58,676 nucleotides of DNA. Source: a virus. Its lineage: Duplodnaviria; Caudoviricetes. The notes below the pieces were generated by a model, which was not told the origin of the DNA, did not search any database, and worked only from the letters and a program-made list of their open reading frames with translations. The position numbers were made by a program, and so were the translations under genes. This document shows, piece after piece, positions 1 through 9,247 of the stretch; the stretch's first letter is position 1, and every line of letters begins with the position of its first letter. The DNA is taken from positions 1 through 58,676 of IMG/VR virus record IMGVR_UViG_3300050343_000144; one strand, 5' to 3'.

Positions 1-2
1 CC

Positions 3-3000
3 AAAGCTATTCAAAAAGGACTTAAAAAAGCTGGTTTAAAAACCACTGTTCCAGGTGGTATAGGTATGGGTTCTGTTTCATATATGTCTACTGTTGCTGG
101 AGAAGTTAATGATATTAAGAGTCAACTTATGGAGGCTGGTGTTCCTGAAGAAGAGGCTATGTCTAGAGCTATAATGTATGGTAATGGTAGAGCTAGCTTA
201 GATGGAATATTTTCAGGACTAGCAGGTGGAAACACAAAACTACTTGAAGCTACAAAGAGCTTTCCAAAAATACTAAAAGACTTAGCTTTAAAACCTAAAA
301 CAGTTGTTAGCAGTAAAGTGTTTCAGGATAAGGTAAAAGACTTAGTTAAAGAAAACGGTAAAGAACTTTTTATAGAAGAGTTACCAGTGCTTTTTACAGG
401 TAATATCCTAAATGGATTAGCTAATGATTCTGTAGGTAAACAAATTTTAAATGAATCTACATCAAACAGAGATATTGTTGAGACAGCTATACTAACTGTT
501 CTTGCTACAACTGGTGTAGGATCTAAAAGACTTTTATCTAATAATAAAAGAAAGGACTTAATAAGAGCTGCATCATTAAGTAGTAATATAGAAAAAGATA
601 TTGCGAACTTGGTTAACTCTGGTCAAATGTCTGTAGCTGATGCCAAGTCAGTTTACCAGGAAATATACAGTATGCAAACTGCTTTAAACCAAACACAAGG
701 TTCGGTTGTTATGAGTGGTAATCAAGAAGAAGCTGCTGCTCTTTTAAATCAAAGAAGAAAGTTGATGGATCAGCGAAGCAATTTAGAAGGTCCATTAAAA
801 GAAGATATAGATAAAAAGATTGAAGATGTTGACAAGCAAATAGAGATTTTAAAAGCAGAAGATACTGCTCAAGCTATAGAAGCTTCTGGAGGAGAAACAA
901 CTACAGATGTTAATGTAACTAAAGATGATGCTTTGGCTTCTTTGAAAGCTGAGAATGAGGTAAGGTTAAAAGCAAACCTACCTGCTATTATAGAGTCTGA
1001 AGAGAACATTTTAAAAGAACAAAATAAACTAATAAAAGAAAAACAAGATGCCATTCAAGAGTCAAAAACAGAGGAGCAAGTGCTATCAGATGATGGCGGA
1101 AGCAAAGAAACAGGGGAAACCGATAAAGTGGAACTGCAAGGAGTGGGAAAAGGAGACGCACGTCAAACTACCGTCACTGATGAGAAAACGCTAACTCCAG
1201 AGCAACAAGTAAAATCTGATGAGTTAAATAAAAAAAGAGACGAAAAGATAGATCAAGAGTCTCGTAGGTTTGTAGTTCCTGGAACAAAGATTCAGGTACA
1301 AATGAACGCAGATGGTACTGCTAATCCAGTGGCAGTAAAAGAAAATACAGATAAGCCAGTGAATAGATCTAGTCAGGCTAAGGCTAACAAAATGATATTA
1401 GAAAATGTTATTGATGTTAATGCTGGAGATAAATTAGATTTAGAAGGTGATACCAGCTTAACTGAAGAGCAATATTCTGAAGCTGTTGCCGACAGATCTA
1501 ACAATATAAAAGAGGTTGCTGAAACACTTGATGCTGAAAGAAAAAAGAGAAAGTCTAAAACAAAAGAAGAGAAGGAAAGATTAGTAGACCCTTTAGACAT
1601 AAAAGGAAAGATAGGGAAAATTACTGAAGCAGACTATGCTAAGTATGGTGACAGAAATAACATTACTTCAGCAATGAAAAGGTTCTGGTTTAAAAACAAA
1701 AATAAATTTGGGCAAAACCCAGTATCTGATTTAGATACAAGAGTTCAAGGGCTGGATGGGTATACTACTGAAAACGAAAGTCAATATATACAGGATGTTA
1801 TAGATTTTATAACTGCTAACCCTACTGGTAAATTAGATATTGAAACGGGTACTTCTCAGGTTGAAAAAGATTTGGAGGCTAAGTTTGAACAGTTAACAGG
1901 TTTAAAACCAACACCAACAAACATTAAAACTGTAAATAACATTGACCCTAACAGAGAGCCTATTAGTGAGACTCAAAAGAAAAGTAAAGATGTATTACAG
2001 AAAGAGGCTTCTGAACCTGGTGTATTTGGAAAGAAGAAAGGTCCTTCGCCAGATAAAATATTAGGTAAAAAGAAAACCTCTTCAGATAAAACAAAACAAG
2101 AGGGCGAGAATGTAAACAGAAAAAAGTTCTGGAAGAACTGGAATAAAGCGTACAGGGAGTCTAAAAAAGATCAGACCACTAGAAGAAAACAACTTTCAGA
2201 TGCTATCCAGGATTTATTAGAATCAAAAATTATATCAACAAAAAAAGCAAAGTCTTTAATTAAAAAGATTTCTGGTGTAAATCTTAATAATCCAAGATTA
2301 GTAAATCAAGTACTTGAGTATGTAACTAAAGTAAACATAGATGCTGTTAATGCTGAGAAGTTTGATAATGCTAAGAACTTAAATAAAAAAATAAAAAGAC
2401 TTTTAAAAAGTGATACGTTAGATGCTGAGGTTTCTATAGCTGCAAAGCAATTTAATAAGATTGATCCTAACTTAGTTGAGGATTTAGACTTGTATTTAGA
2501 AAATGCACAGAAAGTTATTAATGGTTTGACTAAAACAAAAACTGATAAAGAAGGTAATTTAATTTTTGCTGGAACTATAGATATAAAAGCATTAGACAAT
2601 TATACATCTAAGGTATTAAAGAATGAGGTTGATCTTATAAGAAAGGCAGAAGCACAGGCGTTTAGTGACTTAACAGGACTTGACTCTAGTGAGTTTACTA
2701 TTGATGAGATGAGATCTATTTTAGAAGAATCAGACTCAGAGAAATTAACCGAAGCTAATGAACAAATGGCTAATGACAAAGACGCTGTTATAACTAAAGG
2801 TGTTAAAAGAGCATTTGAAGCATATAAGGGAGCTATTAATGATATAATAAAAAATAGAATTGATCCTATTAGCGGTGAGCCTTTAGTTATAAGTAAGGCT
2901 GATCAGAAAGTTATAAAAGACTTTATGGAAGTTGATATTGACTTGATGACTACCGCTAAAGAAAAGCTAGAAGCTTTAGATGCTATGGTTAATTTTATTG

Positions 3001-5466
3001 TAAACCAAGGTACTGGTGGTGTAGTAGCTACAACTAAACGTAATGAAGGAATGAAGAACGTTATTGAGGCTAATAAAAAGTTAAAGCCAGCTAGGAAATT
3101 AAAGCTTTTTGGTTCTACAAAAGTTGCTGATTTTTGGTATAAAAAACTAGGCGCAACCCCTAGAATAATTGAAAATTTATTTAAAGGAACATCTACAGCT
3201 AGAGTTTTCAATAAGTTATCTGGTTTTGATGGATTTAGAAACGGAGTAGCAAAAGCTGAAAAACTATCTAACGATATTGCAGAGGCTTATGTAGATAAGT
3301 TTATAAAACCAACAAGTAGAAAGAATGCAATAAAAGGCACTACAAAAACACAACCCAACGGAACAGATTTCAATACAGCAGCTAATGATACTGAAAGAGG
3401 TATGTTTGCTTTTATGAGAAGAACTGTAGACGGAACTAAAGAGGAGCAGAAAAATGAATTTAAAAGACGTAAAGATTTAATTGAAGAAACTATTACAACT
3501 TTAAATGATTCAGGAGAAACAAAAAAATCTCAACTTATTAAAGAGTCTTTTGATAAAATACTTTCAGGGTCTAATAGTATACAAGACATTGAAGATAAAG
3601 TTGATCCTATAAATAAAGAGGCTGTTGAATGGATGACTGCTGAGTGGTCAAAAGTTAGACCTGAATTAGAAAATGTATCGTTAAACGTATATAACAAAGT
3701 TTTAGGTAAAGACATAAACTATACTCCAGACTCATTTAGTTCATTGAAGGACCAAGTAAGTAGTGTTGATCAAGAGATTGGTAGCCCTCAATTCCAAGGT
3801 ACATCTCAGAAAATTTACGATAAAGAATCAGGTGTTTTAATGGATATTGTCAGACCTAAAAAATTGCCAGCAGGAAGGGTTATAAATCTTGGTTTTGATT
3901 CTTCAAATATAAGTAACTTAAAAGATGCTTTAACTGATCTTGAAACAGCAGAAAGTATACAAATAATGAAAGGCTTTTTAGGTACTTCAAAAAATATGAA
4001 TCCTGCTTTTAAAACTTTAATTCCTGATGTTGATAATAGGAATCTTATTTTCAGTAAGTTTCAGAATTATGTAAATTCTAAAAGAGGAGCAAGCCAAAAA
4101 ATTGAAGATAAAGAGACTGTAAAGTTGCTTAATCAGATAGCTGGAATTGGTGTTTCTAGAGTTTTAGGTGGACCAACACAGTTTTTAAAGCAGTTAACTC
4201 CATTAGTAAACACAGCTACAAATTTAATGTTTGATCTTGGATCTGTAGGTAAAGGTATTTCTTTAATAACAAGTAACCCTGATGCTAGAATTTGGTTAAG
4301 TAAATCAGGTTATGAAATTGCTAATCGTGGGTTGCAGTCAATAACCAACTTAGAAGGAACTAACACAAGACTAGATAAAGCTGCTGAAGGAGGAAGAGAG
4401 AAACTTGGAAGAGCAATAATAGAAGCTAATAAATTTTATCTAGAAAAGTTTTTAGTTAATCCAGATAGGTTTGCGGCTCAAGCTTCCTGGATAGCATACT
4501 ATATGAATGACTTAAAAAAACAAGGTATAGATCCTTCTAATATAGATTGGTCGAATCATAAGGTAAATAAACAAGCTGGTGCTTTTGCAGAGCAACAAGT
4601 TGGAAGACAACAAAATGTTTCTGACACAGACTTGCAGGGTGATTTATTTAACAGTAAAAACGCTACATCACAGGTTGCTCGTAAAATATTTTTTCCATTC
4701 GCCAATTTTTTATTAAATCAAAAGACAAGAATGTATACTGATTTCAATATAGCACTTAGTAAAACAGCTACAAAAGATGATAAAAGAAATGCGTATCGTT
4801 CTTTGGCTGGTCTTGGAGTAGAGACGGCTATGTTTAATTTACTTGGATTAGCTGTTACTCAAGGATTAGCTGCTATATCTCAAGGATTAACTGGAGATGA
4901 TGATGAAGAAGATAAAAGAAAATCTTTTGAAAACAGAGTTAAAGGTAGAGCTGGTAACGTAGTTAAAGATATTTTATCACCTATACCCCCATTAGATGAC
5001 TTAACTTTAATGATGGTTAATAAGGTTATAAAAACTGCAAGTGACGGAGATGATCCTTTTCAATTTTTTGCAAAAGATAAAAAAACATTTATAGAGCAGG
5101 CAGGTGTTTTAGGTATACCATTTGGAACTGCTGGTGAGTTATTTGAGATGATAGGTATGGGATCTACTGGAACTTACACGGATAATTATGGTAAAGAAAG
5201 AGAAATTAGATCCATCATTAAAAGGGGCAATGACTCTTAATGGTTTAGCCTATCTTCTATATAGTCTCGGTATTCTTCCTTCTGAAGCAGGTTCTATTAT
5301 TAAGTATAATGTAAAGTCCTATAAGAAAAGTGGAAAGAAAAGTAAAGGCGGTTCAGGAATTCCTATAAAAAGAAAAACAAAGCCGAAAAAGAAAACTAAA
5401 AAGAGAAGATCTAGTGGTGGACCATTGTTAGGTGGTAAAAAGAAATCAGGAGGGGGTTTATTTTGA
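3..5466 (+). CDS. Giant internal virion (DNA ejection) protein, 5'-truncated by window edge; probable indel near 5195 joins the 5188-5466 tail
   Basis: Frame is open from base 3. More than 1700 aa, helical, K/E-rich, with hydrophobic Gly/Ala segments near the C-terminus. It is the last gene of the + strand virion block, following the ejection-type genes at the window end if the genome is circular. Confidence 0.65.
1048..1194 (+). CDS. Overprinted (+1 frame) 48-aa basic microprotein MPFKSQKQRSKCY...KWNCKEWEKET
   Basis: ATG at 1048 after an A-rich leader, TAA at 1192-1194, locally raised GC. The MPFKS.KQR...W..ET pattern resembles small basic phage proteins. Confidence 0.6.
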   Translation: MPFKSQKQRSKCYQMMAEAKKQGKPIKWNCKEWEKETHVKLPSLMRKR

Positions 5467-5841
5467 TGAATGAATCTCAGCGTGACACCTGGAACAAACA
5501 ACAATACATTTTTCTATTTCTTTCTTAATGGTTTCAAGTCCTTTTCCTTGAGCAATACCATTGCTGACTGAAAAACTTTTATCATTATTTTTATGATGAA
5601 ATTCCAATGCTCTGCTACGAAAACTTTTGTTTGTTTTTTTTGAATACCCACAAACACTACAAGCGAGTTTCTCTTTATATTCCCTCAACCATATTCTTTT
5701 GTTACGCCTTCTTTGTTTTTTAACAACAAGAATGCATTTTTTGCATTCGGTTCTAAAATACTTGCCGTCCTTGTTAAATTCTGTTAATGGTTTGGAAACT
5801 TTACATTGTTTACACACTCTAACTGATTCATTAGAACTCAT
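5458..5841 (-). CDS. HNH-type endonuclease with Zn-binding CxxC pairs
   Basis: Three CxxC pairs, ALEFHH, and terminal VCSRCHAEIH. Confidence 0.75.
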   Translation of the reverse strand: MSSNESVRVCKQCKVSKPLTEFNKDGKYFRTECKKCILVVKKQRRRNKRIWLREYKEKLACSVCGYSKKTNKSFRSRALEFHHKNNDKSFSVSNGIAQGKGLETIKKEIEKCIVVCSRCHAEIHSSK

Positions 5842-6019
5842 CTTCAGTTAGTTTTTGAGTATCCTTCAGTACGGATATAAGCTCTTTTATGTTTGAGTTT
5901 AATGATTCATTATCCTCATCCATAAGAGATTCGTAAATTTGGTCAGTTAATTCATTAATATTTGACATTAACATATTAATGTAATTTATTGCATTCTGAC
6001 TGTTTTTATTTAGTGGCAT
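5831..6019 (-). CDS. Hypothetical protein
   Basis: 62-aa ORF overlapping the HNH start, in operon orientation. Confidence 0.6.
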   Translation of the reverse strand: MPLNKNSQNAINYINMLMSNINELTDQIYESLMDEDNESLNSNIKELISVLKDTQKLTEDEF

Positions 6020-6078
6020 TTTTTACAGGTTCTCTCAATCTACAAAAAATTTTAATTTTCTAAATAAAAAGTTATTAA

Positions 6079-6309
6079 CTAGTCGAGGGCTGTAATTAAG
6101 CTTTTTCCTATTTTTTTATCAATTTTAGTAATAGCTCTGTAAATTATTTTAGACTTTCTTTTAGTTTCTTCAACCTCTTTTTTAGTTGAGTCTTTACCTA
6201 GATTTGTATACATATAACAATCTATCCTGAATAGTTCATCTATTTTTTTATCGTCAGACCAAGAACTAAACTCAATAATTTTTTCTAAATCTTTAAATGT
6301 ATATTCCAT
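6079..6309 (-). CDS. Hypothetical protein
   Basis: 76-aa ORF coupled to the upstream gene. Confidence 0.65.
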   Translation of the reverse strand: MEYTFKDLEKIIEFSSWSDDKKIDELFRIDCYMYTNLGKDSTKKEVEETKRKSKIIYRAITKIDKKIGKSLITALD

Positions 6310-6739
6310 TTTTCTCTTTTTTTAATGTTAATAACTCTTTTTCTAATCTTTCTATTTTTTCTAATAACAATTGTTTTTCTGTCTTTAAATTTAAAACCCT
6401 GTCACTCACACGATTAAACAAACTTGCTATGTCTGGATCTGATTTAATTAAAAAATCAACATCTCTTAGGCTATGTAATATTGTTGCGTGGTTTCTATTT
6501 CCACATAGCTTACCTATTTTATCTAAACTTAAATAGTGATAGTTTCGTAGTATGTGATAAAATATTCTTCTAGCATCAACATAGCTTCGTTTTCTACTAT
6601 TTTTCAAAATATTATCTATTCCGCTTTCGTCCTGGATAATTTTTTTAATAGTATCAATAGTGGTTTTAACTTCTTTTTTAGGTTCAGGGACAACATAATA
6701 TCCAAGAACAAAGTTATAGTTTATTTCAGTATATTTCAT
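6293..6739 (-). CDS. DnaA domain IV (Bac_DnaA_C)-like HTH protein with coiled-coil tail
   Basis: SRKRSYVDARRIFYHILR...SLDKIGK..GNRNHATILHS matches the DnaA C-terminal pattern. Confidence 0.8.
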   Translation of the reverse strand: MKYTEINYNFVLGYYVVPEPKKEVKTTIDTIKKIIQDESGIDNILKNSRKRSYVDARRIFYHILRNYHYLSLDKIGKLCGNRNHATILHSLRDVDFLIKSDPDIASLFNRVSDRVLNLKTEKQLLLEKIERLEKELLTLKKEKNGIYI

Positions 6740-6975
6740 CCTTTATATATTTCGGTTATTACACCGTGCTTTTCTAATTCTTTTAATCTATATTTTTGTA
6801 TTACAGAAAGAACTCCATTAGGTTTTTTAATTTCAGAAAACAAAACCTTGCAGTTAGGTGGTATAGCTACAAGATCAGGTATACCATTTTTATTTGTTTT
6901 TATAAGCTTGATAACGTAATATCCCTCAGCCTCTAACTGCTTGATTCTTTTTGCTTGTATTTGTTGTTCTGTCAT
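6736..6975 (-). CDS. VRR-NUC / PD-(D/E)XK nuclease (resolvase-like)
   Basis: TEQQIQ...GIPDLVAI...FSEIKKPNGVLSVIQKYR. Confidence 0.8.
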   Translation of the reverse strand: MTEQQIQAKRIKQLEAEGYYVIKLIKTNKNGIPDLVAIPPNCKVLFSEIKKPNGVLSVIQKYRLKELEKHGVITEIYKG

Positions 6976-7070
6976 TACTCCCAGTCTTCAGGAAATATTA
7001 TTTTAGCTATTGCTTTTCCTACTACCATTACTGCCCAGGCTACTATTAGCCAACCAATTGCGTTTATCAT
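6975..7070 (-). CDS. 31-aa single-TM microprotein
   Basis: MINAIGWLIVAWAVMVVGKAIAKIIFPEDWE; TAATG-coupled to the next gene. Confidence 0.6.
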   Translation of the reverse strand: MINAIGWLIVAWAVMVVGKAIAKIIFPEDWE

Positions 7071-7075
7071 TGTAT

Positions 7076-8311
7076 TTAATTTAAAGTTAATAAATCTCTT
7101 TTAAAATGTTTTAAAGTGTAATCCTTTTTTTTGCTTACTGCTTTATAAATATCTGGTTCGATTCCTCCTTTTGTAAAAACCCAAACAACTTTATTTTCTA
7201 ATCTATTTTTAGTTGTCATCCTGTCTCTTGATTGCCAATAGCTTGTAGCACTAAAATCTATATTGTAGTATAATAGTATATCAGCTTTTTTTAAACTTAT
7301 TCCCTCTCTACCAGAAACAATTTGTAATGCTATAGATTTATCTGTACTATCAAATGTTTCAAGATCAGTACATATATTGTCACCATACACTTTTTTTATA
7401 GCATTAAGTTCTTCTTTGAACTTATAAAATATTCCTATTTTTTGAGTACAAAAATTATCATAGATAAACTGAGCCTTAAATGTATCTAACACCATAGACT
7501 TACCGCTTTCAAACTTAACAGTTCCACTATACATTTGATGTAGTTTTTGCATTAGCTTTACCCCAGTGTCAGCAAGTATAACATCTTCCTTGCCTTCAAT
7601 AACTAAATCTTTTTTTAGTTTACTGCAAAGATTCATAATCATATCAGGTGCATCAACATAAATTATATCTTCATTTATTTTTGATTTGAATCCTGCTTCT
7701 CTTTGCGTATATGATATAGTAAACGGCTTCATTTTATCAAGAATTTCTTGTTTACCTAAAGAGTAATCATTTACCATAAAAGATCCTATTCGCTTCTGCT
7801 TAACTAAAACATAGTCTTTAGAAAACTTATAGAAATTAGAATACTTTCTGAACGGATTGTTTTTTAATCCATATACCTGGTGGTACATTTGACTAAATGA
7901 TTCTGGAGTAGGAGTTCCAGATAAAAATATTACATAAGGATTGTTATTTATTATTAACTGCTTAACTTGTTTTGCTCTTTTACTTGGTTTTGGAAATGCA
8001 CCCATACTGTGTGACTCGTCACAAACTATAGCGTCCCAACCACGTTCATCGATCTTATGTAGTGATTCATAGTTTATTACAAGCAGTTCATAGGTTGGTT
8101 TTAACATTTTAAAATCCTCGTAAATACTGCCTATTGCTTTTTTCTTAGTAATAAATAATACTTTGTTTATGTTTTTTATCTTGTCCAGGACACCTAGTGA
8201 TGTAAGTGTTTTACCTGTTCTAACCTCCATAGATAAGTATATAAATTTTCTTATATCTATTATCTCTAAAGCCTTGTCAATAATTCGTTTCTGGTATTCT
8301 CTAAATTCCAT
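7076..8311 (-). CDS. SF2 (SNF2-like) DNA helicase
   Basis: FREYQ Q-motif, RTGKT Walker A, CDESH, LSGTP, GREGISL, QSRDR. Confidence 0.9.
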   Translation of the reverse strand: MEFREYQKRIIDKALEIIDIRKFIYLSMEVRTGKTLTSLGVLDKIKNINKVLFITKKKAIGSIYEDFKMLKPTYELLVINYESLHKIDERGWDAIVCDESHSMGAFPKPSKRAKQVKQLIINNNPYVIFLSGTPTPESFSQMYHQVYGLKNNPFRKYSNFYKFSKDYVLVKQKRIGSFMVNDYSLGKQEILDKMKPFTISYTQREAGFKSKINEDIIYVDAPDMIMNLCSKLKKDLVIEGKEDVILADTGVKLMQKLHQMYSGTVKFESGKSMVLDTFKAQFIYDNFCTQKIGIFYKFKEELNAIKKVYGDNICTDLETFDSTDKSIALQIVSGREGISLKKADILLYYNIDFSATSYWQSRDRMTTKNRLENKVVWVFTKGGIEPDIYKAVSKKKDYTLKHFKRDLLTLN

Positions 8312-8735
8312 AGTTTAAAATTTTTACTGATGCCCATTGTTTTGGCAGTAAATAAACCTCCTTATTTATTTTTGGAGACTCAGCAAAATAAGTTGTTGGG
8401 GGACAGTTCATATCTTCTGTAGTCAATACATTCATATCTATATCGTTTAACCAGAAAATATAAATTCCTGTTGGATCTTGAACCAAATAAAACTTATGCT
8501 CGTATTTTGGAAACGATGTTTCCATAAGCCATTGATATTTTTTTTTCTCCAACATCATATCTTCGTAATGCGTTGTTCTGAATTTCATTTCCATAATACA
8601 ACCATTACCTTTCCTGGTGTAACCTATAGCATCATAGTGTTCGTAGTCCATACCTGCGTGAGATAAATTCCAATCATAGATTTCGTTGAGAAAATTTATA
8701 ACGGCTATTTCTTTTTTATGAATCTTGTCAATCAT
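8301..8735 (-). CDS. Putative PD-(D/E)XK-fold nuclease
   Basis: YDA...IMEMKFR...MLEKKKY motif. Confidence 0.55.
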   Translation of the reverse strand: MIDKIHKKEIAVINFLNEIYDWNLSHAGMDYEHYDAIGYTRKGNGCIMEMKFRTTHYEDMMLEKKKYQWLMETSFPKYEHKFYLVQDPTGIYIFWLNDIDMNVLTTEDMNCPPTTYFAESPKINKEVYLLPKQWASVKILNYGI

Positions 8736-8994
8736 CTAAATTGTTTTTTATTTTTAATAATACAGCACACCTTTCGTACTCTTCTGTTTCTTCAAAATAT
8801 GCTATCAAAATATCTATAGATGATTTTTTAACTTTCGAACTTATGTCGTGAATAAAAAATTCTACATCTGTAATTACTATGTCTTCAATCTTAATGTCAT
8901 TTACAATAACATCGTATGAATTCAACATAGCCCAGTGTAATTCTTCATCATCATATTCATCAAAAACACCCTCAAAAGGGTCATATTTATCCAT
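8728..8994 (-). CDS. Hypothetical protein with UVR-like C-terminal motif
   Basis: YFEETEEYERCAVLLKI. Confidence 0.6.
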   Translation of the reverse strand: MDKYDPFEGVFDEYDDEELHWAMLNSYDVIVNDIKIEDIVITDVEFFIHDISSKVKKSSIDILIAYFEETEEYERCAVLLKIKNNLDD

Positions 8995-9247
8995 AGGTTT
9001 CTCGGAGGTATTTGTAAACTTCAGGCAATTTGTCCATTGCTTTTTTCTGAGTTTTATATTCTATTTTTCCTAAATGTTCTTTACTGTATAATGTAATACT
9101 TTTTTTAGCATCATAAAATTTATCTTTACCATTTGTAGATATACCTCCTTTTCTAATTGCTATTTTAAAGTACATTGTATTTATTGGCTTTACATAAACT
9201 TGCCAATCGTTATCAATACACCATTTAAAATCAGAAATCCAACTCAT
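8987..9247 (-). CDS. Hypothetical protein
   Basis: Overlapping ORF in the replication operon. Confidence 0.65.
   Translation of the reverse strand: MSWISDFKWCIDNDWQVYVKPINTMYFKIAIRKGGISTNGKDKFYDAKKSITLYSKEHLGKIEYKTQKKAMDKLPEVYKYLRETYG

Noticed and set aside
869-3715. Minus-strand ORFs inside the giant gene (and similar shadow ORFs elsewhere, e.g. 20725, 45941, 51811)
   Set aside because: Antisense shadows of biased codon usage (S/F/L-rich), with no leaders or motifs
1-5240. Virion RNA polymerase identity for the giant protein
   Set aside because: No DxDGD/DFDID-type catalytic motif recognised in the visible part; the missing N-terminal part cannot be judged
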